The notes under the pieces: model-generated | Told to the model about the DNA's origin: nothing | Seen by the model: only the letters and a program-made list of their open reading frames with translations | Database searches by the model: none | Shown: positions 30,603 through 40,067 of the stretch, piece after piece | How the letters are laid out: the number at the start of each line of letters is the position of its first letter | Numbering within the stretch: position 1 is the first letter of the stretch | Program-made: the position numbers and the translations under genes | Origin: Nitrospirota bacterium | GTDB taxonomy: Bacteria; Nitrospirota; UBA9217 | NCBI GenBank assembly: GCA_029858565.1 | Contig: JAOUEV010000001.1 | Span: 1-64,000 of the forward strand | Length of the DNA stretch: 64,000 nucleotides | Direction: 5' to 3'

Positions 30603-32201
30603 CTAGAGAATATATCTCTCAGCCGTGAGCCTATGGTGGATCATGCACTGAAGCATCTGAAGCTCGTTCTGGTCGAACCAGGTAACACCGCAGTATCCGC
30701 AGCGGTCGATCTCAATAAGATGCGACATGCTGTAGAATTGCCGGCGCATGGGATTATTGCATTTCGGACAGGGAAGCAGCGGTCCATTTGCCTTGCCGGA
30801 ATTCTGACGCATGCGGTAGAGCTGCCGCGATTGATTTTCTTTGAGCACCGTCCGGGCGAGTGCGGTGATCCGCTCGCTGCAGGGTTGATCCCGACCGGTC
30901 CGGGCGATGATCCGGGGAACCTTATCAGAATCAACAAGTGTGCCGGCGCAGAAGGAACATTGTTGGATGATCGTTCCTTCGTACGAAGCAGTGATCAGCG
31001 GCTGGCGACAGGAGGGGCAGGCATAGGGAGAAAGTGTCCGCTCTCCTTCCATGAGCCGTTGGCCGAAGATGAGACTTATCAGAGGATCCTTCCAGGCACG
31101 GAGCACGTCCCCACCAGCCGAGGTCGATATCCATGTGAGCGGTGTGAGCCAGGGAAGGAGCGCAAGTTCGTTCAGCGGAAGCGGACCCTGCCACTGCTGG
31201 CTGGGACTCATGGCATAATAGGAGGGTTTGGCGGACGAAGGGGCGGAAGAGCTCATCGGAATGGTGTTCCGCTCAAGGTCTGCCCGTCTGATACGAGCCA
31301 TGCCAAGCAGAACATTGATCCGCTTTCCGATAGGCGGATGGGTCGAGAACAGGTCGGACCAGAATCCCTCCGACTCATCAAGGTTCGACGCCTGAGGATT
31401 GACGATGCAGAGCATCTCATAGCCGCTGCCGATAAAGCCGGCGCCGCGCCAACTGCGGGTGAGCAGATGCAGTGCTTCGGCTAACGCGATCGGATTGCGG
31501 GTCATCCTGACAGATGCCGCATCGGCCCGATACTCCCGTTCTCGGGAGATGAACATGTTGAGGAGATGGCCGAGCTGGAGAAGCAGCCACGCGAGCAGGA
31601 ACGCGGGCAATGAGAATATCCGGTTCTGCGAGAACGTACGTATACGTTCCAACGCCGAGGAAAGGGTGCCGAACAGGCTGGCGGCGACCGTTGTTTCCAG
31701 GCAGTCGCCGGACAAGATATGATGGGCCTCGTGAGCGGCAACCGCTTCGATCTGCGGGCGGCTTAACCGGGACAGCAGCCCTTCGGTGATCGCGATGAGA
31801 GCGGTCCCCTTGAGGTCGGCGGCAGCAAGGGCGTTCAGGGAAAGGGAGGGGATGACCGCGCAGCGGATCTTCTGCTTCCCTCCGGTCACCACGCGCAGCT
31901 CTTCGATGATGTTGAGAAATATCCGGTGGACCTCATCCTGCGGATCCGGGGGCCGTGCGTCAAGACCGCGAATGACGCTGTCGACGGTGTTGTATGCAGC
32001 GAACCAGAAGTGGATCCCTGCCGCAAGCAGTGCAGCGGTCAGGAGCACGAGCCAGAAGCGGGGGGAGATCTGGTAGAGGCCGTTCAGGGAAGGGAATGTC
32101 AGAATGAATCCGATCGCCGCGTACAGGCACAGAAGGACCATGAAAAAGATGGCGATGCGCCAGTTCGTGCGTCGTTCGATATCAATGAAAGTGATGGGCA
32201 T
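30603..32201 (-). CDS. HtpX-family M48 metalloprotease with C-terminal GYF_2-like and two zinc-ribbon domains
   Basis: AHEAHH, SREREYRAD, FSTHPPI; QGPLPLNEL..TWI; CPSC..CSFC and CPKC..CGYC. Confidence 0.85.
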   Translation of the reverse strand: MPITFIDIERRTNWRIAIFFMVLLCLYAAIGFILTFPSLNGLYQISPRFWLVLLTAALLAAGIHFWFAAYNTVDSVIRGLDARPPDPQDEVHRIFLNIIEELRVVTGGKQKIRCAVIPSLSLNALAAADLKGTALIAITEGLLSRLSRPQIEAVAAHEAHHILSGDCLETTVAASLFGTLSSALERIRTFSQNRIFSLPAFLLAWLLLQLGHLLNMFISREREYRADAASVRMTRNPIALAEALHLLTRSWRGAGFIGSGYEMLCIVNPQASNLDESEGFWSDLFSTHPPIGKRINVLLGMARIRRADLERNTIPMSSSAPSSAKPSYYAMSPSQQWQGPLPLNELALLPWLTPLTWISTSAGGDVLRAWKDPLISLIFGQRLMEGERTLSPYACPSCRQPLITASYEGTIIQQCSFCAGTLVDSDKVPRIIARTGRDQPCSERITALARTVLKENQSRQLYRMRQNSGKANGPLLPCPKCNNPMRRQFYSMSHLIEIDRCGYCGVTWFDQNELQMLQCMIHHRLTAERYIL

Positions 32202-32291
32202 GGAGAACCGGCAGGTGCCGGGATGCAGAATCCAGTGTCCGGGAGAGGCCGGGGATGTTCAATACGGTCGCCTCGGTCTCCCAAATCATGA

Positions 32292-32855
32292 CTACTTGCC
32301 TTTCAGGCTCAGGTTCACGCTCGGCGTGGCGCGTGCGGCCTCCTCAGCTTCAAAATATTCCTCTGGTTTGAATGAGAACAAGGAGGAAACAATGTTGTTC
32401 GGGAATACCTCGATCCGGGTACGGAAGTTCGCCACCAGGTCGTTGTAAAGCTGGCGGGCGAAGGATATGCGGTTCTCCGTGGAGGTGAGCTCCTCCTGCA
32501 GCTGCATGATGTTCTTGTTGCTCTTCAGGTCCGGGTAGTTCTCCATGACCGCGAACAGTTTGCCGAGCGCTTGTGTGAGCATATTCTCGGCTTCGGCCCG
32601 GGAATGCGGTCCTGACGCGCCCACTGCTTTCGCGCGGGCAGAGATGACCTTTTCCAGGGTATCCTGCTCGAATTCCATGGCGCCTTTTACGGTCGCGACC
32701 AGGTTTGGGATCAGGTCGTGACGCCGTTTGAGCTGCACATCGATCTGCTTCCACGATGCCTGCACATCGTTCCGCGCGGCGATCAGTCCGTTATAGATCA
32801 TGACCATCCAGATGACGACTGCCGCGAGTACTCCGAGAACGATCAGTCCGACCAT
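32292..32855 (-). CDS. lemA: LemA family protein
   Basis: IDVQLKRRHDLIPNLV, ENYPDLKS, TENRISFARQLYN, FPNNIV. Confidence 0.95.
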   Translation of the reverse strand: MVGLIVLGVLAAVVIWMVMIYNGLIAARNDVQASWKQIDVQLKRRHDLIPNLVATVKGAMEFEQDTLEKVISARAKAVGASGPHSRAEAENMLTQALGKLFAVMENYPDLKSNKNIMQLQEELTSTENRISFARQLYNDLVANFRTRIEVFPNNIVSSLFSFKPEEYFEAEEAARATPSVNLSLKGK

Positions 32856-32913
32856 GGCCCCTCCCTGAAGCATTTCGTTGATACTAGATTATAACAGAAC
32901 GGCAACTCAGGCG

Positions 32914-33753
32914 CTACCGGTCTACGAAGAGTTCCTGCGACGACGGGGGGAATATGCCGCGCGATTCGGCTTCCGCGATGAGCCGCCGGACCGCTGCGGT
33001 CCCTTGCTCGCCTAGGTCGAGAGAGAGGTCATTCACATACAGATCGATGTGGTTCTGCATGACCCCGGCATCCATCTCCTGACTGTGCTCTCTGCAGTAG
33101 TCGAGGACCTCGGCACGGTTCATTCTTGCATAGACCAGACTGTCCCGTATTGCCTGTTCGATACCCAGGAGTGTAGCGGCGCCAAGAGTTCTTTTTCCGA
33201 GGATGCCGCCCAGCGGGATCGGAAGGCCGGAGTAGCGCTCCCACCATTCACCGAGGTCCAGCAGCATTTCCAGGCCGTACTGCGGGTAGGTGAACCTGCT
33301 TTCATGGATAATGAGACCGGCAGCAACACGGCCCTGTGCGACTGCGTCCATGATCCGGTCAAAGGGCATGACCACGATATTCCTGATCGAGGGCTGATAC
33401 ATCCGCAGGAGCAGATAGGCTGTCGTCAGTTCTCCAGGAATGGCCAGATCGCCTTTGCCAAGGTCCGCAAGATGCGTTCCCGGACGCGCGACGATCAAGG
33501 GGCCGCAGCCTCTGCCGAGCGCTCCTCCGGAACGGAGCAGGACATACCTGTCGCGGAGATGTCCAAAGGCATGATAGGAGATCTTTGTCACGTCCAGAAC
33601 TTCTTTGCGCGCCAGATGGTTGAGCGTTTCCACGTCCTCGAGCTGTTCCTGGAAGGCCAGGCCCGGTGCCTTGACCTTGTTGTGAACGAGACCGTAGAAG
33701 ATGAAGGTGTCGTTCGGACAGGGAGAATATCCGATGGTGATGGTTCTTGTCAT
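32914..33753 (-). CDS. mqnD: 1,4-dihydroxy-6-naphthoate synthase (futalosine menaquinone pathway)
   Basis: GYSPCPNDTF, GALGRGCGPL, IIHESRFTY, HIDLYVN. Confidence 0.93.
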   Translation of the reverse strand: MTRTITIGYSPCPNDTFIFYGLVHNKVKAPGLAFQEQLEDVETLNHLARKEVLDVTKISYHAFGHLRDRYVLLRSGGALGRGCGPLIVARPGTHLADLGKGDLAIPGELTTAYLLLRMYQPSIRNIVVMPFDRIMDAVAQGRVAAGLIIHESRFTYPQYGLEMLLDLGEWWERYSGLPIPLGGILGKRTLGAATLLGIEQAIRDSLVYARMNRAEVLDYCREHSQEMDAGVMQNHIDLYVNDLSLDLGEQGTAAVRRLIAEAESRGIFPPSSQELFVDR

Positions 33754-34475
33754 GGTTGCCACGATCCCAGGATATGCATGACTGCCTGCTGTGCCGCGCG
33801 GGCAGCCCGTGGTATGTCCCATCTGCTGAGATCCCGGTCCTCGACGATGTTGGAGATGCCGCGGACCTCGAGCCACGGCACATTGTGCAGTTCCGCAACC
33901 TGCGCCGCTGCCGCGCCCTCCATGTTCTCGCATAGGCCCTGATACCGTTCTTCGAGCTCACGCGCTCGTGCCGCGGTGCCCGTGCAGGTCGAAAGGGTGA
34001 TGAAGGGGCCCGCGTGCACAGTTACACTTGGCCCGCAGGACCGGAGCGCGGCGAGCGCCTGGTCCAGGACCGGGGCAGGCGCGGGGTACGTATTGAAGAT
34101 GGTCGAGTTCGTGGTCTTGAGCAGAGGGATCCCGATGAACTCTGTGTCCTTGAAACCATCATTGGTGAGCACGCCCTCATCTCCGGCGATCTCTTCCCGG
34201 GCAAGCACAACATCGCCGATCCTGGCTCCTGATGAGGGATACGCTCCACCCACGCCGAGTACGAAGAGCACGGCAGGAGCATAGCGGGTGATCATGATCG
34301 TTGCGCCATGAGCGGCATTGACCTTGCCCATTCCCGCCACACAGAGAACAACTTGTTTGCCCGCAAGCATTCCTTCAAAGACTGTCGTGGTGCCAATGGT
34401 CACTCTGTTGACGTTTTCCATGGACTGCCGGAGGATATCGGCTTCTGCATCAACGGAAGTGAGCAGCGCTATCAT
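33750..34475 (-). CDS. mqnB: Futalosine hydrolase (PNP/MTAN fold)
   Basis: GMGKVNAA, GVGGAY, ENMEGAA, EVRGISN..EDRD..WDI; overlaps the mqnD start. Confidence 0.88.
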   Translation of the reverse strand: MIALLTSVDAEADILRQSMENVNRVTIGTTTVFEGMLAGKQVVLCVAGMGKVNAAHGATIMITRYAPAVLFVLGVGGAYPSSGARIGDVVLAREEIAGDEGVLTNDGFKDTEFIGIPLLKTTNSTIFNTYPAPAPVLDQALAALRSCGPSVTVHAGPFITLSTCTGTAARARELEERYQGLCENMEGAAAAQVAELHNVPWLEVRGISNIVEDRDLSRWDIPRAARAAQQAVMHILGSWQP

Positions 34476-34584
34476 GGGACTCCCTGAATATTTTCTGCGT
34501 TAATATTATTCGGAAAATTTATCGGGTCAGCAGAAGGAACAATGAACCTGCTGTAACCATGTATAAATTGCATTATAATTCAAT

Positions 34585-34673
34585 ATGTTAAATGGTTAAT
34601 TTTTTTAGGTCAATAAAATTATTCGGACTATACCATACTTTTCATTGCACTTCTACGAGAAATTTGCTATGAT
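34585..34673. promoter_or_regulatory. Divergent sigma70 promoters for mqnB (-) and aroC (+)
   Basis: Minus TTGACC(34613-34608)-17-TAACAT; plus TTGCAC(34645)-17-TATGAT with TG. Confidence 0.5.
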
Positions 34674-34794
34674 AGGCCGGATTTCTACAGATTTTCCGAT
34701 GGTTACGATATTCGACGTAGAATCATGCAGTGAGTATTAATGTTGAACTTATTGTAATTATTGATATTTATTTTTTCTATAGAAAGGGGCTACG

Positions 34795-35991
34795 ATGTTA
34801 CGGTATTTGACCGCTGGTGAATCACACGGTGAACTTCTGCTCGGTATCCTCGAGGGAATGCCTGCCGGTCTTTTGATACGCACGACGGATATTGACAATG
34901 ATCTGGGCCGCCGCCAGATGGGCTATGGCCGTGGCGGCAGAATGAAGATCGAGAAGGACATGGTCAAGATATACACCGGAGTCCGCTGGGGTAAGACCAT
35001 GGGCGGGCCGATCGGACTATCGGTCAGGAACAAGGACTGGGACAACTGGCGCGCCAAGATGTCGCCGGACCCGGCATTCCTGAACAACGCTGACCCAGTG
35101 ACGCGGCCGCGGCCTGGCCACGCCGACCTGGCCGGCGTGCTGAAATACGGCATGACCGATGTTCGGAACATTCTGGAACGTTCCAGCGCGCGGGAGACTG
35201 CCATGCGGGTCGCCGTGGGCGCCCTGTGCAAGCGGCTTCTCGACGAGTTCGGGATCAGCATCGTGAGCCATGTCATCGACATTGGCGGCGTCTATGCCAA
35301 GGTGGGAAGCATGTCCAGCCAGGAGATAAAACGGAAGACCGAGAACTCCGAACTGCGGTGCGCTGATTACGAGGCGGAAAAGCGGATGAAGCGCAAGATC
35401 GATGAGGCCCAGGCCGCAGGCGATTCCCTGGGAGGTATTTTCGAGGTCGTTGTGTCCGGAACTCCCGTGGGTCTCGGCAGCCATGTGCACTGGGACCGGA
35501 AACTGGACGCCCGGCTTGCCATGGCGCTCATGAGCATCCAGGCAATGAAGGGCGTCGAAGTCGGATCGGGTTTCGGCGTGGCGAACAAGCCGGGGTCGCA
35601 GGTCCACGACGAGATATTCTGGACGCCCAAGAGCGGTTTCTTTCGCAAGACCAACAATGCCGGCGGGATCGAGGGAGGCATGAGCAACGGCGAGGTCATC
35701 ATCCTCCGCGCGGCCATGAAGCCGATCCCCACCCTGATGAAACCCCTGCGTTCCGTGGACCTGGAGACCAAAAAACCCTTCAAGGCGAGCGTGGAGCGTT
35801 CGGACGTCTGTGCCGTTCCCGCGGCAGCGGTAGTAGGTGAGGCCGTGGTAGCATTCGAACTGGCCGCCGCCATGATCGAGAAGTTCGGCGGGGACAGCAT
35901 GGATGAAATGAAGCGGAACTTCGAGGAATACCAGAAGCACATCAAGTTCCGGATGGGTGTGGAGGATGCCCCTGACGCGGGGACACGGTGA
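34795..35991 (+). CDS. aroC: Chorismate synthase
   Basis: [39 protein letters not shown]. Confidence 0.98.
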   Translation: MLRYLTAGESHGELLLGILEGMPAGLLIRTTDIDNDLGRRQMGYGRGGRMKIEKDMVKIYTGVRWGKTMGGPIGLSVRNKDWDNWRAKMSPDPAFLNNADPVTRPRPGHADLAGVLKYGMTDVRNILERSSARETAMRVAVGALCKRLLDEFGISIVSHVIDIGGVYAKVGSMSSQEIKRKTENSELRCADYEAEKRMKRKIDEAQAAGDSLGGIFEVVVSGTPVGLGSHVHWDRKLDARLAMALMSIQAMKGVEVGSGFGVANKPGSQVHDEIFWTPKSGFFRKTNNAGGIEGGMSNGEVIILRAAMKPIPTLMKPLRSVDLETKKPFKASVERSDVCAVPAAAVVGEAVVAFELAAAMIEKFGGDSMDEMKRNFEEYQKHIKFRMGVEDAPDAGTR

Positions 35992-36004
35992 CGCGGGGAC
36001 ACGG
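35973..36004 (+). repeat. Perfect 16-bp tandem duplication at the aroC 3' end
   Basis: TGACGCGGGGACACGG x2. Confidence 0.9.
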
Positions 36005-36007
36005 GGC

Positions 36008-36523
36008 ATGTTCAAGAATATCATCCTCACCGGATTCATGGGCGTCGGCAAAACGAGCGTAGGCACGAGGCTGGCAAAGGACCTCGGATTTACATTTATC
36101 GATACCGACAGCCTCATTGAAGCCGACCAGAAGATCTCGATCACCGAGATATTCTCCTCTTTTGGCGAACCCTACTTCCGCGACGTGGAGACCCGCATCA
36201 TCGGCCAGGTGCTCGAGAACGAGAATCAGGTCGTGTCGACCGGCGGCGGGGCCGTGATCCGCGAGGAGAACCGGGCTGCTTTCAAGGAGAAGGGCATGAC
36301 GGTCTGTCTCATGGCGCGGCCTGAGGTGATCTACGACCGCATCAAGCATGAGACGCACCGGCCGCTCCTGCAGGTGGCCGAACCCCTGGCAAAGATCCGC
36401 GAGCTCCTGGCGACCCGGGAGCCATTCTATCGCCAGGCTGATATCATCATCGACACCTCGGACAAGACCGTGGATGGGGTGATCGCCGAGATCCGGGGAA
36501 AGGTCCGGTATGCATGTTGTTAA
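36008..36523 (+). CDS. aroK: Shikimate kinase
   Basis: GFMGVGKT, DTD, GEPYFRDVE, STGGG, RPLL. Confidence 0.96.
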   Translation: MFKNIILTGFMGVGKTSVGTRLAKDLGFTFIDTDSLIEADQKISITEIFSSFGEPYFRDVETRIIGQVLENENQVVSTGGGAVIREENRAAFKEKGMTVCLMARPEVIYDRIKHETHRPLLQVAEPLAKIRELLATREPFYRQADIIIDTSDKTVDGVIAEIRGKVRYACC

Positions 36524-37592
36524 AGTCGCGCTGGGCGACCGCAGCTACGATATACTGATCAACGCGAAGCTCGACGACCTGGGCGGCCAGATGGAGAATC
36601 TCCGGCTGGGCCGCAAAGCAGCCCTGGTGACCAATCCCACGGTGAACCGCCTCTACGGCAAACGCGCGCTCGCCAGTATCACCGCAAAGCAGTTCATCGC
36701 CATGCCCATCGAGATCCCCGACGGGGAGCAGTACAAGAACCTCGACTGGGCCAATGCCATCTATACCGCGCTGCTCCTCAACGCTTTTGACCGCCGGTCG
36801 CCGCTGGTCGCGCTGGGCGGAGGGGTCATTGGAGACCTCACGGGATTCGCCGCGGCCACATACATGCGCGGGATCCCCTTCATCCAGGTGCCGACCACGC
36901 TCCTCGCCATGGTGGACAGCAGCGTTGGCGGCAAGACCGGAGTGAACCACGCCATGGGCAAGAACATGATCGGCGCGTTCTATCAGCCCCGGCTTGTGCT
37001 CATGGACCTGGAAGTGCTGAAGACCCTGCCGAAGGAAGAGTTCCTTTCGGGCATGGCCGAGGTGATCAAGTATGGCGTTATCTGGGACCGGGAGCTGTTC
37101 GACTATCTTGAGAAGAACCGCGAGAAGATCCTTGCCCTGGAACAGGGTGCGCTCAGCCACATCATCAGCCGCTCCTGCGAGATCAAGGCGGAGGTCGTGA
37201 GCAAGGACGAGCGCGAGGGCGGGCTCCGCGCCATCCTGAACTTCGGCCACACCGTGGGCCACGCTGCCGAGACCCTGGAGAACTACACCATGCGCCATGG
37301 TGAGGCCGTTGCCATCGGCATGGTCTACGCGTCCCGGTTCGGCCACCGTCTCGGGCTCTGCGACGCGAAGACCGCTGAGCGGACCGAACAGCTCATCGCC
37401 GCGTATGGCTTGCCGACCGGTCTGTCGGCTCTCAAGAAGCGTCCCACGGTCACCCAGCTCCTGGACACCATGCTCGTGGACAAGAAATCCGAGGGAGGCA
37501 CGATCAAGTTCGTGCTGCCGAAGAAGATCGGCGAGGTCGTGCTCACCAGGGAGTGGGATGAGAAGACGCTTCGAGAACTGCTTGCGGAGTGA
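36510..37592 (+). CDS. aroB: 3-dehydroquinate synthase
   Basis: GGGVIGDL, PTTLLAMVDSSVGGKT, LNFGHT, HGEAV. Confidence 0.98.
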   Translation: MHVVKVALGDRSYDILINAKLDDLGGQMENLRLGRKAALVTNPTVNRLYGKRALASITAKQFIAMPIEIPDGEQYKNLDWANAIYTALLLNAFDRRSPLVALGGGVIGDLTGFAAATYMRGIPFIQVPTTLLAMVDSSVGGKTGVNHAMGKNMIGAFYQPRLVLMDLEVLKTLPKEEFLSGMAEVIKYGVIWDRELFDYLEKNREKILALEQGALSHIISRSCEIKAEVVSKDEREGGLRAILNFGHTVGHAAETLENYTMRHGEAVAIGMVYASRFGHRLGLCDAKTAERTEQLIAAYGLPTGLSALKKRPTVTQLLDTMLVDKKSEGGTIKFVLPKKIGEVVLTREWDEKTLRELLAE

Positions 37593-37613
37593 AGAGCGGA
37601 ATAGGGGGGCATC

Positions 37614-38312
37614 GTGAGCGAATATCTCTGGCACTGCCCGTTCTGCGATACCGATCAGATCGTTTCCTCAGAGGGCATGCAGGCATCCTTTTCCGACCTG
37701 ACCGCGGAAAATGCCGAAGGGCCGCGCAGGCTCGTGGTCAAGTTCGTTGTCTGTCCCAATCCCAAGTGCAGGCAATTCGCCCTTGATGCATCGCTGCATC
37801 TTCTGACCATCTCCGGGAACAGGGGGTACACGGGAAAACACCTCAAGACCTGGAACCTCGTCCCGCCTTCGCGTGCCCGCACCTTTCCTGTTTCGATACC
37901 CCGTGCAGTGCTGGAAGATTACCGCGAGGCTTGTCTGGTCGCTGAAACGAGCCCCAAGGCCGCGTCCGCATTGGCGCGGCGATGCCTGTCGGGCATGCTG
38001 CGGGACTTCTGGAGCGTGCAGCCCGGGAGTCTGAGCGACGAGTTCCGGCAGGTCAAAGGGACCGCGGATCCGCTCACCTGGGAAGCCGTCGAATCCGTGC
38101 GGAATACCGGCCTTATCGGACCGCGCATGGAGAGCGAAGGGGCTGAGATCCAGGACTCGGAGCCAGGCGAGTCGCAGCTCCTGATCGGTTTGATCGAGAC
38201 GCTTATCCATGACTGGTATGTCAACCGGGATGTACGGCGAAAACGACTGGCTGAGATCAAACAAATAGCGGAAACAGGAAGGTCGGAACCGGCTGTACCA
38301 TCGGCAGAGTGA
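37614..38312 (+). CDS. DUF4145 (HEPN-like) domain protein with N-terminal zinc finger
   Basis: CPFC..CPNPKC; EDYREACL..SPKAASALARRCL..M.RDFW. Confidence 0.7.
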   Translation: MSEYLWHCPFCDTDQIVSSEGMQASFSDLTAENAEGPRRLVVKFVVCPNPKCRQFALDASLHLLTISGNRGYTGKHLKTWNLVPPSRARTFPVSIPRAVLEDYREACLVAETSPKAASALARRCLSGMLRDFWSVQPGSLSDEFRQVKGTADPLTWEAVESVRNTGLIGPRMESEGAEIQDSEPGESQLLIGLIETLIHDWYVNRDVRRKRLAEIKQIAETGRSEPAVPSAE

Positions 38313-38320
38313 CGATCGTT

Positions 38321-38509
38321 ATGAAGATTGGTCCACTGATATTCTTGACCGCCATACTCGCTGGTACATTTCTTGGCTGCGCTTACAAGGAGTACGACCC
38401 TGCCCATCCCCGGGAATATGGCGATTTCTGGTCGGACGAAGATAACAGAAGAAACAGCGCCGCCTATCCGTTTACGAACGAGTATCGGGAGCAGCGCAGG
38501 GATCGATAA
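38321..38509 (+). CDS. Small hypothetical lipoprotein
   Basis: MKIG, hydrophobic stretch, lipobox FLGC. Confidence 0.5.
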   Translation: MKIGPLIFLTAILAGTFLGCAYKEYDPAHPREYGDFWSDEDNRRNSAAYPFTNEYREQRRDR

Positions 38510-38562
38510 CATCTATCATCGGCATAAGAACCGAGGAAAATATGCCGGCTAGTGAAAAGAAT

Positions 38563-38604
38563 AAAAAAGGGGGATGGACATAATGTCCATCCCCCTTGCT
38601 TTTT
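38563..38604. terminator. Bidirectional intrinsic terminator
   Basis: AAGGGGGATGGACA-TAA-TGTCCATCCCCCTT flanked by A and T tracts. Confidence 0.9.
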
Positions 38605-38619
38605 CAGCAGTTCGATCTG

Positions 38620-39855
38620 CTACTTCGCCGAAGACGTATGCTTCTCGGCGCGGAGCTTGGCGGCCTCATCCTTGATCTTCTGGAGCGTTTCCTTCATGGG
38701 CGCCCAGCCGTACCAGTGCATGTAGTCCGGGTTCATGTGGAACGCTCCCTGGAAGGCGCGCATCCGGTATTCCAGGAACATGACGTAGAGGTCCTGCTCC
38801 ACGCTGCTCTTGGCTTCGTAGAACTGCAGAAGGTCGGGGGCTACGGCCCAGTCCGCGGGCTTCTTGAGCACGCCGTCCTTGTACAGAGCCTGCACCACGC
38901 GGACGGCTTCAGCCATGATCTTATCCGCTTCCTTTACCACCAGGTCCGCCTCATCCAACTGCTTCTTCGCGTAGGACGCGCCATGGCAGTTAGCGCAGAC
39001 CTTGGTCATCTTGTCGCGCTCGGCCTGGAACTCCTCGGCAGTGAGACGGGCGACCTTGCCCGCCTTCACCAGTTCAAGCCGCGCGGTGGGTTTGCCAGCT
39101 TCATCCAATACGCCCAGTGCCTGCAGGATCGCGACACGATCGTTCATCCAGTCCTTGTCGTTCTCCGGCAGCCGAAGGGCCAGGAAACCCCAGGAGGTCA
39201 TCACATTATGGTCGCCGCCGCTCATGTGGCAGGTCTGGCACGTGGGGCCGCGCTTGCTGTCCTTGCCTTCGATCGACCAGATGACGCCGTGCTTGGACGA
39301 AGACCACATCTCCCACTGGGGGTGGTCGAAGCCCATGTGGCAGGTCTGGCAGGCCCGCGGGTCCTGGGCCTCGGACTTCTTGAACGAATGCCGGGTGTGG
39401 CAGGAATCGCACTGTGCGTGACCGTAACGGATCTGCGACTTCTCCGCGTCCGACTTGACGCCGATCTTGTGGCAGCTTGAACAGCCTTTGTAGCCCTCAC
39501 CGGAAACAGCCTTGGGCTGGTGGCCCATCATGGGCATGGAGCTCGATGCTACCCACGCAAGGTTGTGCTTGCCTGCTGAGAACTGGTCAGCCTGCTTCTT
39601 GTGGCAGTTGGCACAGGTTGCGGGGGTCGGCATCTTGGCCAGCTTTGCATCGGTCATCGTTTTGTGGTCTGAACCGTGGCAGGCCGAGCAGTCGATGCCC
39701 TTCTTGCCCATCTTGCCCTCGAAGTGCTGCTGCACCACGCCGGGAGTCACTTTCTCGTGGCACTCCACGCAAGCGCTCTTTCTGGGAGCGGACCACGCCG
39801 CGGTGCTGATGAGAACAGCACAGCTCACTAGGAACAGAACTTTCAGAAACTTCAT
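38620..39855 (-). CDS. Octahaem c-type cytochrome, hydroxylamine oxidoreductase (HAO)-like
   Basis: Signal peptide; 8 CxxCH motifs; HAO-family CDSCHTRHSF, CHMGFDHPQ, SKHG, FHMNPDY. Confidence 0.88.
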   Translation of the reverse strand: MKFLKVLFLVSCAVLISTAAWSAPRKSACVECHEKVTPGVVQQHFEGKMGKKGIDCSACHGSDHKTMTDAKLAKMPTPATCANCHKKQADQFSAGKHNLAWVASSSMPMMGHQPKAVSGEGYKGCSSCHKIGVKSDAEKSQIRYGHAQCDSCHTRHSFKKSEAQDPRACQTCHMGFDHPQWEMWSSSKHGVIWSIEGKDSKRGPTCQTCHMSGGDHNVMTSWGFLALRLPENDKDWMNDRVAILQALGVLDEAGKPTARLELVKAGKVARLTAEEFQAERDKMTKVCANCHGASYAKKQLDEADLVVKEADKIMAEAVRVVQALYKDGVLKKPADWAVAPDLLQFYEAKSSVEQDLYVMFLEYRMRAFQGAFHMNPDYMHWYGWAPMKETLQKIKDEAAKLRAEKHTSSAK

Positions 39856-39926
39856 GCAGATTTCCTCCTTGGGATGGAATAATTGCAATTTGAGAAGTCC
39901 TCGCACCCTAGCTTAACCGTAGCCTG

Positions 39927-39947
39927 ATTGATATGATCTATATCATA
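39927..39947. promoter_or_regulatory. Crp/Fnr-family-like palindrome upstream of the octahaem cytochrome gene
   Basis: TATGAT-CTAT-ATCATA (39932-39947); minus-strand TAAGCT -10 candidate at 39915-39910. Confidence 0.55.
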
Positions 39948-40067
39948 GTTCCGCGACAAGTGCAGGGCGGGCCGGCTGGCGTCTTGAAAAAGCAGAGTCA
40001 TAGTAGTAGGTTACAGCTCATTCGCCTAATCCGGACAAGCCTGAATTGAACCTTAACTTAATCCACC

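Noticed and set aside
35017-39480. Long antisense ORFs (35017-36144, 36447-37634, 38596-39480)
   Set aside because: Shadows of high-GC3 genes on the opposite strand, with no motifs
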